Origin: an uncultured Candidatus Saccharibacteria bacterium
GTDB lineage: Bacteria; Patescibacteriota; Dojkabacteria; SC72
Direction: 5' to 3'
Length of the DNA: 64,000 nucleotides
Assembly: GCA_964423025.1 (NCBI GenBank)
Contig: CAYRDH010000001.1
Location: forward strand, 2,500-66,499
The number at the start of each line of letters is the position of its first letter. Positions within the stretch are counted from its first letter, which is position 1. The position numbers were made by a program, and so were the translations under genes. The notes under the pieces were generated by a model. The model saw only the letters and a list, made by a program, of their open reading frames with translations. It had not been told where the DNA came from and ran no database searches. Shown here in pieces: positions 1-9,197 of this stretch.

Positions 1-577
1 AGGAGCTTTTGAATACGAATATCCTATCGAAGATGAAGGTACATACGCAGTGTCTGTAGCTGGTGTTAAAGGTTTTCCAAAGAGATATATCTCTTTGCAA
101 TCTGACATGAGGATGGTTGAAGTGGATAGAACAGATCCTGTATTAACAGAGATAGATTACCCTGAAGAGGTTGGAACAGAGAGTTTTACACTCATTGGAA
201 ATGTAGAACCTAATGCAGAGGTTGTTGTAACAAGAGGAACAGACAAATATGTTGCAACATGTGATGAGCAGGGAGACTTCAAGATCACCGAAATTCTTCT
301 AGAAGAAGGACCAAATGTATTTGGTGTAAGTATAGTTGATGAAGCTGGTAATGAAGTAGAAATTGACGAGAAAGTTAAGGTTACATACTCTATGGACAGT
401 GATGTTAATGGAAATGCAGTAACAGATGAAATACCAGTTGCTTCTGGAGAATTAGAGGAGGCTATGCAGAAATTACTAGGTAATAATCTAATGATGCTAT
501 TTGGATTAATTGCAATGGTAGCATTCTTCTTTAGCTCTGGTTTTGCTTTTCTTAAATACAAAGGAAAGGAAGAGTAA
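1..577 (+). CDS. Surface protein, C-terminal part (5' end off-window): acidic beta-sandwich/Ig-like ectodomain with a C-terminal TM anchor
   Basis: The frame is open from the left edge (..GAFEYEYPIEDEGTYAVSVAGVK precedes the GTG at 50). It has a beta-rich acidic domain (FTLIGNVEPNAEVVVTRGTDKYVATCDEQGDFKI), then a hydrophobic helix LMMLFGLIAMVAFFFSSGFAFL followed by KYKGKEE. A hairpin terminator follows. Confidence 0.6.
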   Translation, partial: GAFEYEYPIEDEGTYAVSVAGVKGFPKRYISLQSDMRMVEVDRTDPVLTEIDYPEEVGTESFTLIGNVEPNAEVVVTRGTDKYVATCDEQGDFKITEILLEEGPNVFGVSIVDEAGNEVEIDEKVKVTYSMDSDVNGNAVTDEIPVASGELEEAMQKLLGNNLMMLFGLIAMVAFFFSSGFAFLKYKGKEE

Positions 578-601
578 GCTAAGCTATTCGTAAAAGAATT
601 T

Positions 602-633
602 AAAAGGGGAGCAGATGCTCCCCTTTTAATTTT
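602..633 (+). terminator. Rho-independent terminator
   Basis: Stem AAAAGGGGAGC (602-612), loop AGAT, stem GCTCCCCTTTT (617-627), then AATTTT. It lies directly after the stop at 577. Confidence 0.75.
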
Positions 634-648
634 CTGTTAATATGTACT

Positions 649-1890
649 GTGAAAATTTTCAAAATTTCTCTACAAAAATATTTGTTGCTTACGACTTTAT
701 TAGCAGTCTACTTTCTTGTCCCCTCTTTTGTATTTGCCAATGATGCTGTCACTGAAGAGTTCTATATAGAAGAAGGCCAGGAAGAACAATTAGAGCAGTT
801 AGAAAACTTAGAACAGTCAGAGATGGTTGAGGTTTCTACGGAGGAAGATTCTATGGTGGCTGAACAATCTGAGCCAGAGAGGGAAATATTTAAGGGAAGG
901 ATAATTAAACAGGAAAAAGTTGACTGTGGGATGATGGGAGGAGGAAGTGAAATTGATTGTTTTAGTTACGAGGTTGAACTTCTGGAGGGAGAAGAACAAG
1001 GGGATTTTGTAGAGACTATGCCCACATGGATCACTAATGAAGAAGCTCTCTTTGACGAAGGGAGTCTTGTATACCTTTCCAAGACAGAAGGTTTTGAGGG
1101 TGAAGAAGTTTGGGCAGTGGAAAGCTATTCTAGAGAGAGAGCTCTTTTAATCCTCTCAGGCGTTTTTGTATTCCTAATTATATTAATAACAGGAGTCCGT
1201 GGCTTAAGAGCTACCATAGGCTTGTTTATAAGCTTTTGTACAATTTACTTCTTTGCCATACCTAGGATTAATGTCGGTTCAAACTTCTTTTTAATCTCAA
1301 TAATTACGATTTTCATCCTTTTGTGTGCTGCAACTTTTGTCACCTATGGTTTAAACAAAAAGTCCCTTATAGCATTTAGTTCGACTCTCTTGGGTATTTT
1401 AATTATTATCGCAATCGGTTATGTTGTCACTACCGCTTTAGATATTAATGGCCTTGGTGAAGAGGAAGCCACTATGTTATTTGATACGACACAGGGTGTC
1501 GTGAGACTCTCCTGGGTGTTTCTCTTGAGTATTGTGATCGGTGCTCTGGGTGTTCTGGATGATGTGACAGTTGGGCAAGTGTCTTCAATGTTAGAAATCT
1601 ACGAGACCGATAAAACTCTTCCGCCAAAGGAGCTCTTTAGAAAGGCTATGAATGTAGGAAAAGATCATATAGCATCTATGGTTAATACCCTATTTATAGC
1701 TTATGCCGGTTCAAGCTTTGCTCTTGTAATGCTACTTTCCGCCAATAGCCCTGATTTTAGGATATTAATCAATGAGGGCTTTATAGTTGAAGAGATTGTT
1801 CGAACACTAGTTGCAAGTATAGGGTTGATTTTGGTAGTCCCCCTAACCTCTTTTATTGCTTCAAGGCTAGTTGTTAAAGTTCTCAAGTGA
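649..1890 (+). CDS. YibE/F-family integral membrane protein with an N-terminal secreted acidic domain
   Basis: GTG start and signal-like N-terminus. Multi-TM C-terminal half carries YibE/F-type motifs: LDDVTVGQVSSMLEI, MNVGKDHIASMVNTLFIAYAGSSFALVMLL, IVEEIVRTLVASIGLILVVPLTSFIAS. Confidence 0.75.
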   Translation: MKIFKISLQKYLLLTTLLAVYFLVPSFVFANDAVTEEFYIEEGQEEQLEQLENLEQSEMVEVSTEEDSMVAEQSEPEREIFKGRIIKQEKVDCGMMGGGSEIDCFSYEVELLEGEEQGDFVETMPTWITNEEALFDEGSLVYLSKTEGFEGEEVWAVESYSRERALLILSGVFVFLIILITGVRGLRATIGLFISFCTIYFFAIPRINVGSNFFLISIITIFILLCAATFVTYGLNKKSLIAFSSTLLGILIIIAIGYVVTTALDINGLGEEEATMLFDTTQGVVRLSWVFLLSIVIGALGVLDDVTVGQVSSMLEIYETDKTLPPKELFRKAMNVGKDHIASMVNTLFIAYAGSSFALVMLLSANSPDFRILINEGFIVEEIVRTLVASIGLILVVPLTSFIASRLVVKVLK

Positions 1891-1933
1891 ATATAAAATT
1901 GTTATAATCATAAATAAATTAAGCAACCATAAC

Positions 1934-3103
1934 ATGCCAAGAATATTCTCATTCAAAGATAATAGAAAAACTTCAGATACGAGCCCCAGTAGAGAGAGGA
2001 TAGATACGTCAAAGGGGGAAAATATATCTGGGACTAATTACAAGCAGAAGAACAAAGAAAATCTGACAATAGATTTATCTACTAGAACAATGTTCTTTAT
2101 CTTGGCTATCCTTGGATTTATATTCTTCTCTGCAGAGCTTATCTCTGTGATTGTTTTCGTATTCTTTGGTTTTGTTTTAATGGCAAGTATGAGGCCAATA
2201 GTAAACTGGTTAAAGAAGAAGGGTTTCTCGAAAGGTCTTGCTATTACACTCCCCTATGTATTTCTCTTTGTTGGGATTTTAGGTGTAATTGTTTTAATAT
2301 CTGTCCCACTTGTTAATCAGATGACGGAACTTGCTAAGACTCTCCCTGAATGGGTAGAGAGAGCTTTGGTTTCTCTTGAGGATTTCTCTATTGGGGGCTA
2401 CTCTGTTGATGTTGATAGTATAAGTACCTATATAACTGAATTTATAAAAGGTTTCCCAACAGCAGATAATGTTAAAAATGTTGCGACTTTTCTCTCTGAT
2501 TTCTTTGGATTTGGAGCTTTCCTTATTACTTCAGTAATCTTTTCGATATATCTTGTTTCAGAGCACGATACCTTAGCAGATATTGCTTTTATAAGGATAG
2601 TTTCAACAGAGAAAAGAGATAGAGTAAAACAACTTGTGTCAGATGTTGAAGGAAAACTAGGAAGTTGGGTGTTGGGTCAAGGAGTTGTGAGTACAAGCGT
2701 GATGCTTTTTACCTGGGTGCTTCTATCTATTCTAGAGGTCCCCTTTGCTCTCCCTCTCGCTATCTTTACCGGTTTTATTAATGTTATTCCAAACCTTGGA
2801 TCTACAATCTCCGGAACCCTTATGGCTTTAGTTACTTTGATAACAGTTAACCCAGTAAGTGCTTTAATAGTTGGAGGTGCATTCGTTATATACCAGCTTG
2901 TTGAGAATTCTCTCATAGTGCCAAAGGTTATGGGTAATGCTGTTGGTCTAAAACCAATCTTTGTTATGCTTGGTGTAATTGTATTTCTAACATTCTTTGG
3001 ATTAATTGGAGGTTTTGTCGCTGTACCACTTATGGTTATTGCTAAAATCCTCTATGAATTCTATATAGACTTGCAAAAATTAGAAGCTAAAGGTATTGTT
3101 TAA
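1934..3103 (+). CDS. AI-2E family transporter (PerM/UPF0118-like permease)
   Basis: Polytopic membrane protein with the family-typical C-terminal motifs INVIPNLGSTISG and VENSLIVPKVMGNAVGLKPIFVMLGVIVF. I prefer the ATG at 1934 over the track's TTG at 1871, which overlaps the upstream gene. Confidence 0.75.
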   Translation: MPRIFSFKDNRKTSDTSPSRERIDTSKGENISGTNYKQKNKENLTIDLSTRTMFFILAILGFIFFSAELISVIVFVFFGFVLMASMRPIVNWLKKKGFSKGLAITLPYVFLFVGILGVIVLISVPLVNQMTELAKTLPEWVERALVSLEDFSIGGYSVDVDSISTYITEFIKGFPTADNVKNVATFLSDFFGFGAFLITSVIFSIYLVSEHDTLADIAFIRIVSTEKRDRVKQLVSDVEGKLGSWVLGQGVVSTSVMLFTWVLLSILEVPFALPLAIFTGFINVIPNLGSTISGTLMALVTLITVNPVSALIVGGAFVIYQLVENSLIVPKVMGNAVGLKPIFVMLGVIVFLTFFGLIGGFVAVPLMVIAKILYEFYIDLQKLEAKGIV

Positions 3104-3138
3104 TATACGGATCTTAATTTTTTACTGCCCAATTTAAG

Positions 3139-5673
3139 ATGCAGAATCCTACGTCGAAAAAGAGCAAAGTTTTCTTTTTTGAAGATTATTCAGCTAAAGA
3201 ATTGAATGAAAACAGACTTGGAAGAAAGGGTCTAAGTTTGTTCAAACTTAAGGATATGGATGTCCCTGTTCCAGAATTTTTTGTTGTATCTAGTGATGTT
3301 TTTGTAGATTTTGCTTTTAATTCTTTAGAAGAAGGTAGAAAAAAATTACTAGCAAAAGGTAGAAATCCCGAGAGAGAAGAAGTTGCTTCCCTATTCCTTA
3401 AGAATGAATTCCCAAAGGAAGTGCAAGAGGAAATTCTTAGTGCTTATACTAGGATGTCTGGTTTTACAGATGCTTGGGTTTCAGTAAGATCCTCAGTTGT
3501 TTTTCCTGAGAACAAGCAAGTATCCTTCAGTGGTGTGTTCTCTACAGAGTTAAATGTTCGTAAATTTGATGACCTACAAGATGCAATAAAGAAGGTTTTC
3601 GCTTCCATGTTCTGTGATGATGTTGTGGCTTATGCTTCTAAGATGGGTGTTGATTTAGCAGAGGTTAAGTTAGCTGTTGTCGTTCAAAAGATGGTGCAAT
3701 CTGAGGTCTCGGGTGTTGTATTCACAGTAGATCCAATAACGCAGGATAACTCTAAGCTTAGTATCGAAGCTGTATTTGGTTTGGGAGATGTAATCTCTCT
3801 TGGAGAAATCACTCCAGACACATATCTTCTAAACAAGAAGGACTTGAGTGTTGTTGAGAAACATATCTCACCACAGGAGTGGATGAAGGTTAGAACACTT
3901 AAGCCAGCAAGAGGAAGGGGTAACATAGAGAAGATAAAGATATCTAGTGGTTGGAGTCATAGGCAAAAACTTTCAGATAAAGATATGAAGGAGATTTCTA
4001 AGATAGCTCTAATTGTCGAAAACAAATCTAGAGAAATACAGAATTTAGAATGGGTTCTTTCTGGTGGAAAGTTTTGGGTTTTACAAAACAAACCTCTTTA
4101 TGAAGAGTCTCGAGGGGAAAGAGTTGTCGCATTGAGCTCTGATTTAACTAGAAGAAACATTCATGACTTGGTTGTCGGTTTTATTGAGAAATACAGAGGT
4201 GAGTCCATGATAGTTTCTCAAGCAGTCTCAGATGCTCAGAAGATGGTTAATAGGAACGGTAATGAGGCAGCAAAGAAATTAGAGAAGTTAATCCTTTCTG
4301 CGAAGAAAGAAGCAGAGGAGGTTCCAACTTCAACTAAGCAGGAAGACCTTTTAGCTTCGGGTATAGGTGCTAGCTTTGGTACTAAGACAGGTAAGGTTAC
4401 TGTTGTAGATGGTCCAGTAGACAGAAAATTTACTACAGAGGATATCCTCTTAATAAAGAAATATTCATCAGAGATGGAATCCATGATTGTCTCCTCAGGA
4501 GGGATTATTATGGATACGGGTGGACTTACAAGTGATACGTCAATATTGTGCAGAGAGGTGGGAATCCCAGCTGTGGTTGGAGCTACAGATGCTTCTGACA
4601 AGATAAAATCTGGGGATTGGGTCAAGATAGATGGGAATGCAGGAACTGTATATCTGGTCAAGAATGAAGCGAAAGAAGAGGTTCATCCAGTTGTTCAGGC
4701 TTACAGTGAAGGGAATGTTACAGTTGAGGAGGTTCTGGAAGAAGAGATTGAAGAAGCAAACGAAGAAGAAAGACAAGTCCCACCCAAAGACACTACCCTA
4801 CCCCCTTCTGCGACAAAGGTATTTAGCATGGGGGATGTAGAGCCAAAGAAGCTTTTTGACAACGTTGGGAATTCCCATGGGATAGTTTATGTTGACCTAG
4901 ACAAGATCCTTTTGGAAGATGGTAGGCACATAATGGCCTATGTTGAAGATAAGAAGTTTGTAGACTTTTCAAACAAGATCACCGAAAAGGTTTTGGAGTA
5001 TGTAGAGCTGGCTAGAGGTGATGAGGTTGTAGTCTCAATAGGTTCCAGCAAAGTAGAGAGATTCAGAAGCTTAATAAAAGGTAAGAGTTTCGAAGAGAGT
5101 TCTCTCCCAGACGACACATATGGTGCAACACATTACCTTAATAATCTGGATGTGCTTAAGAGAGTATTAAAGATTATTCGGAAAGTTAGGAATGTCCATA
5201 AGAAGAGAAACGTCTCGGTAGCACTTCACTCTCCTATGAATGGAGAAATGATGCGTGAATTTAAAAAGCAGCTCTCTGGAGAAAAGCTGAGAAGGACATC
5301 CACGTTCAATGTCTATGCCATTTTAGATAATCCTTCTGAGATAATCCTTGTAGATGAGATCGTAAAATCAAAGATAGATGGTCTTATTCTTAACATGCCT
5401 AGAATAGCAAGGCAGATGCAAGGCTTTAATTTCGACCAAAAGAGTGCGAAGTATGACCTTACAAGAAATAGCGTCTTCAAAGTTTTAGATAATGTAATTG
5501 ATGTAGTAAAGGATCAGACAGACAAGGTTATTGTAATTGTTGAAAACAGCAAACCCCTTATAAAATACTGTGTTCAGACTGGAGTTTACGGAATCTCCGT
5601 TACCCCTGACGATATAGCTGAAGCAAGGAAAGTTGTTTTCCAAGAGGAAAGTGACCTGATTCTTAAGAAATAA
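3139..5673 (+). CDS. PEP synthase / pyruvate,water dikinase-like protein (PpsA/PPDK family) with a substituted phosphohistidine motif
   Basis: N-terminal nucleotide-binding domain motifs are present: LGRKGLSLFKL, VSVRSSVVFPE, VVVQKMVQSEVSGVVFTVDP, VFGLGD. The swivel-domain motif reads GGLTSDTSILCREVGIPAVVGA, with Asp where the family has His. The C-terminal domain is only weakly PEP-utilizer-like (SIGSSKVERF). Confidence 0.7.
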   Translation: MQNPTSKKSKVFFFEDYSAKELNENRLGRKGLSLFKLKDMDVPVPEFFVVSSDVFVDFAFNSLEEGRKKLLAKGRNPEREEVASLFLKNEFPKEVQEEILSAYTRMSGFTDAWVSVRSSVVFPENKQVSFSGVFSTELNVRKFDDLQDAIKKVFASMFCDDVVAYASKMGVDLAEVKLAVVVQKMVQSEVSGVVFTVDPITQDNSKLSIEAVFGLGDVISLGEITPDTYLLNKKDLSVVEKHISPQEWMKVRTLKPARGRGNIEKIKISSGWSHRQKLSDKDMKEISKIALIVENKSREIQNLEWVLSGGKFWVLQNKPLYEESRGERVVALSSDLTRRNIHDLVVGFIEKYRGESMIVSQAVSDAQKMVNRNGNEAAKKLEKLILSAKKEAEEVPTSTKQEDLLASGIGASFGTKTGKVTVVDGPVDRKFTTEDILLIKKYSSEMESMIVSSGGIIMDTGGLTSDTSILCREVGIPAVVGATDASDKIKSGDWVKIDGNAGTVYLVKNEAKEEVHPVVQAYSEGNVTVEEVLEEEIEEANEEERQVPPKDTTLPPSATKVFSMGDVEPKKLFDNVGNSHGIVYVDLDKILLEDGRHIMAYVEDKKFVDFSNKITEKVLEYVELARGDEVVVSIGSSKVERFRSLIKGKSFEESSLPDDTYGATHYLNNLDVLKRVLKIIRKVRNVHKKRNVSVALHSPMNGEMMREFKKQLSGEKLRRTSTFNVYAILDNPSEIILVDEIVKSKIDGLILNMPRIARQMQGFNFDQKSAKYDLTRNSVFKVLDNVIDVVKDQTDKVIVIVENSKPLIKYCVQTGVYGISVTPDDIAEARKVVFQEESDLILKK

Positions 5674-5735
5674 GATTTTTAATTCTCTCTCCTAACCTGT
5701 AGTATATACACCTTTCTTCATGTTATACTTTCAAA

Positions 5736-8342
5736 ATGAGCGAAACTCCGATGATGAAACAATTCCTGGGTTTTAAAAAACAATACCCAGATAAAATAGT
5801 CCTATTTAGAATGGGCGACTTCTTTGAGACATTTGGTGAAGATGCCAAGGTAACATCCAAAGTTCTAAATATAACTCTAACCAAGCGAGATAAAACAAAA
5901 AATGCTACCCTACTCGCTGGCTTTCCCCATAAAGCAATAGATCAATACCTACCAAAATTAATCAAGGGAGGCTACTGTGTTGTTGTAGTTGACCAGTTAG
6001 AGGATCCCAAGTTGGCCAAAGGTATTGTGAAGAGGGGCGTTACTAGAATAGTGACTCCTGGAACTCTAGATGGAGACCAGGCTAGTAGTGTAAAAGATTC
6101 ATACTTAGCAGCAATATATCAAGATAAGAAGGAGGTAAGTATTTCCCTTTGTGATTTGTCTACCGGTAAGTTCCTCCTAATCAGTGATCCTTCCAGGAAG
6201 AATTTGATAAAGCATGTAATTGCTTCCTATTCTCCAGCTGAGATCTTACTACTAGAGGGGGCAGAAAACTCAGACATAGGAGATTTGCCTGTTCAGTTTG
6301 TAGATAAGTCTCTTAGGAATAGAGAATATTCGGCAGAGCTAATTAAAAAGTTTTATGAAATTAAGAATGTAAACTCTCTAGATATTAAAGAGGGAAGTGA
6401 GGATCTAGTCTCAGTTGCCATGATAATCAAGTACATAGAAGAAACACAACTTATGGATCCCTCCCACATTATGAAGCCAAAAAGAGTTAAGTTAAACAAG
6501 AGGATGGTTTTAGATTCCTTCACAATTAACAATCTTGAATTAGTTGCCAATTCTTACACAGGGCAGATAGAAAACTCCCTTTTCTCTGTTATAGATAGGA
6601 CAGAGACTCCTATGGGAAGGCGCCTACTCTACTCTTGGATATTAAACCCACTGATAGAAAAAAAGGAAATAGATGAGAGATTAAATTTGGTAGAGAAGTT
6701 TACGGATGATAGAAAGAAGCTGGAAGAGATCAGAGAGAAATTGGGGGAGATTAATGATATAGAGAGGATAGTTGGGAAGATAGGACTGGGAAGGGTCAAT
6801 GCAAGGGACATGAAAGCACTGCAAGACTCTCTAGAAAATGCCTTAGAGGTTTTAAATATTCTTAAGAAGGATTTGAAAACGATCCACAAGGAAATAGATA
6901 CAAAAGTCATAGAGGAACTCATTGCCAAGATAAATGAGACTATAACGGATGATCCTCCAACAACGATTATGGAGGGAGGAATAATAAAAGAGGGTTTTGA
7001 CAGGGGCGTAGATGAATTGAGAAGTCTTACTGGGGACAGTAAATCTTGGATAAGGGATTTTGAAAAGGAAGAAAAGGAGAAAACAGGGATTCCCTCTTTG
7101 AAAGTCAGTTCTAACAAAGTATTTGGTTACTACATAGAAGTGACAAAAACACACCAAGAGAAAGTCCCAGAGAGATATATAAGGAAACAGACCCTTGTAA
7201 ATTCTGAAAGATATATTACGGAGGAATTAAAAGAGAAGGAGAATATAATCCTAAATGCACAGGATAAAATTTTCGAATTGGAATATGAAATCTTCGTTAA
7301 ATTTAGAGACACCTTTATACCCTTCATTAAACAGCTCCAAGAACTCTCCGCGACAGTTGCAAGAATAGATGTCCTTTCTGGTTTTGCCAAGGTTGCGCTT
7401 GAATCTAACTACGTTAAACCAGAAATATATGAAATGGGAGAAAAAGATGGTGTAATAAATATCGTTAATGGAAGGCATCCATTGGTTGAGAGTATTTCAG
7501 GAGAGGAGTTTATATCCAACGACACATACTTGGACTTAAAGGATTCTAATATGGCAATTCTTACGGGTCCTAATATGTCTGGTAAATCTACATACATTAG
7601 GCAAGTGGCGACGATTGTTCTTCTTGCCCAGATAGGGAGCTTTGTTCCTGCTAAAAGTGCAGAGATATCTCTAGTAGATAGAATCTTTACTAGAGTAGGA
7701 GCCTCAGATGATCTTAGTAGAGGTAGGAGTACCTTTATGGTAGAAATGGATGAGGCTGCAAATATTATTAACAATGCAACAAAATATAGTTTAATAGTTC
7801 TAGATGAGATTGGAAGAGGAACAAGCACTTACGATGGTGTGAGCATCGCTTGGGCCTTATCAGAACATCTGGTAAAGGAATTAAAAGCGAGGAGTCTTTT
7901 TGCTACACACTATCATGAATTACTTAAACTCTCAGAGAAATTCCCTGAGAGGGTTAAGAATTATAATGTTCTTGTTGAGGAAGATATCGAGGAAGGGACC
8001 GTAATATTCCTCAGGAAAATAGTGGAGGGAGGCACGGATAGGAGTTATGGGATTTATGTCGCTAAAATGGCAGGACTTCCTAATAAAGTAATAAAAAGAG
8101 CGAACGAGATTCTAGAGAGCTTTGAACAGAAGAATATGTTTACAAGGAGTAGTGATGTTAGAGAAGCAACAATAGATAAGGTGGGAGGGAAACAGAGCAA
8201 GAGAAAGGAGAACGGTTTTCAGTATCCCCTATTTACAGCAAAAGAATCGGAGGTTGAAAGAGAGATACAGGATTTAGATATAGATAATCTTACTCCAATA
8301 GAGGCGCTAAATAAAATCTCTGAATGGAGGAAGAAGATTTAG
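5736..8342 (+). CDS. mutS: DNA mismatch repair protein MutS
   Basis: N-terminal mismatch-binding motif MMKQFLGFKKQYPDKIVLFRMGDFFETFGEDA. Walker A GPNMSGKSTYIRQ, LVLDEIGRGTSTYDG-type motif (IVLDEIGRGTSTYDG), and FATHYHEL. Confidence 0.97.
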   Translation: MSETPMMKQFLGFKKQYPDKIVLFRMGDFFETFGEDAKVTSKVLNITLTKRDKTKNATLLAGFPHKAIDQYLPKLIKGGYCVVVVDQLEDPKLAKGIVKRGVTRIVTPGTLDGDQASSVKDSYLAAIYQDKKEVSISLCDLSTGKFLLISDPSRKNLIKHVIASYSPAEILLLEGAENSDIGDLPVQFVDKSLRNREYSAELIKKFYEIKNVNSLDIKEGSEDLVSVAMIIKYIEETQLMDPSHIMKPKRVKLNKRMVLDSFTINNLELVANSYTGQIENSLFSVIDRTETPMGRRLLYSWILNPLIEKKEIDERLNLVEKFTDDRKKLEEIREKLGEINDIERIVGKIGLGRVNARDMKALQDSLENALEVLNILKKDLKTIHKEIDTKVIEELIAKINETITDDPPTTIMEGGIIKEGFDRGVDELRSLTGDSKSWIRDFEKEEKEKTGIPSLKVSSNKVFGYYIEVTKTHQEKVPERYIRKQTLVNSERYITEELKEKENIILNAQDKIFELEYEIFVKFRDTFIPFIKQLQELSATVARIDVLSGFAKVALESNYVKPEIYEMGEKDGVINIVNGRHPLVESISGEEFISNDTYLDLKDSNMAILTGPNMSGKSTYIRQVATIVLLAQIGSFVPAKSAEISLVDRIFTRVGASDDLSRGRSTFMVEMDEAANIINNATKYSLIVLDEIGRGTSTYDGVSIAWALSEHLVKELKARSLFATHYHELLKLSEKFPERVKNYNVLVEEDIEEGTVIFLRKIVEGGTDRSYGIYVAKMAGLPNKVIKRANEILESFEQKNMFTRSSDVREATIDKVGGKQSKRKENGFQYPLFTAKESEVEREIQDLDIDNLTPIEALNKISEWRKKI

Positions 8343-8389
8343 TCAGGAGCCTTTCCCTAAGAAGATATGTTATAGAGAAGGAAGCAATT

Positions 8390-9163
8390 TTAGACAGTGA
8401 TGTAGTAGCCTCTCCCATATTTATTTCCTATTACATTTACCCCTGTGCAGGTAATAAATTTCTCTCGAATTCTCTGAACATAAATTCTTACACTCTCTGC
8501 TTTGTATGTCTTATCTGTCTTATTCTCAAGCCCTCTCTTAATATCTTCGCATCTTAGGTATCTTTCCTCTTTCATAAGCAATGATAAAAGAGCGCTTTCT
8601 GTATCTGACAGAAAAATTTTGCAGTCATTGAAGATTACATAATTAGATCTTTCGTTAAGGTATATCCCATGAAATTTTTTAAAGTTGTATGAAGAGAGAC
8701 GATCCCTGAGAGTTACTATGTATCTAAAAAGAATACCCTCTATTGTTATTTGACTAAAGGGTTTTGCTACAACAAATTCAATACCATAGCTAATTAATTC
8801 CTGTATATTTTTGTAATAGATGCTTCGGAACACTTTCCTTGTTTTGTCTACTTCTGAGTTTTCAGGAGCTTTTCCCATAATTGCGAAGATCGGGATCCCC
8901 AAGTATTGATCCTTGAGTTGTTGAATAAAACTAAAAATTTCTCTTTTGTTCTGAAACGGTCCCCTGTTTAATCCTTTTGCGTTTCGAAATATATCAACAT
9001 CTAAGAAAATGACCTTTATTCCAGATTTTCGAGGCTGAGGTTGTAGAGTTGATATCGTTCGGATATTAAACCTGCAATAACACTGATCGATCCGACGAAA
9101 AAGGTCCTTTATTTCTACTGATTTTGTTATAACTAAGACATTGCCACTATTTCTATAGCCCAT
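8390..9163 (-). CDS. Orphan OmpR/PhoB-type winged-helix regulator with an atypical receiver-like N-terminal domain
   Basis: The C-terminus (LSDTESALLSLLMKEERYLRCEDI ... ESVRIYVQRIREKF ... GRGYYI) fits the trans_reg_C pattern. The N-terminus keeps VIFLDVD and VVAKPF (Asp and Lys positions) but has NVLVITKS instead of the acidic pair. Confidence 0.5.
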   Translation of the reverse strand: MGYRNSGNVLVITKSVEIKDLFRRIDQCYCRFNIRTISTLQPQPRKSGIKVIFLDVDIFRNAKGLNRGPFQNKREIFSFIQQLKDQYLGIPIFAIMGKAPENSEVDKTRKVFRSIYYKNIQELISYGIEFVVAKPFSQITIEGILFRYIVTLRDRLSSYNFKKFHGIYLNERSNYVIFNDCKIFLSDTESALLSLLMKEERYLRCEDIKRGLENKTDKTYKAESVRIYVQRIREKFITCTGVNVIGNKYGRGYYITV

Positions 9164-9197
9164 CGAAGGAAACAGGTATCATTAAATTACAAGAGCC

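Noticed and set aside
4236-4661. Long antisense ORFs inside well-identified genes. Examples are 4236-4661, 6629-7117, 7409-7828, 26310-26753, 27296-27715, 37442-37825, 38681-39100, 44897-45427, 51730-52146, 53636-53983 and 58738-59184.
   Set aside because: Each lies entirely within a gene whose product carries unambiguous family motifs on the other strand. Their translations are low-complexity S/L/F/I-rich strings, typical of shadow frames in AT-rich DNA.
8324-8557. 77-aa plus-strand ORF overlapping the mutS end and the regulator gene.
   Set aside because: It is antisense to the OmpR-type regulator's winged-helix region and has no supporting features.
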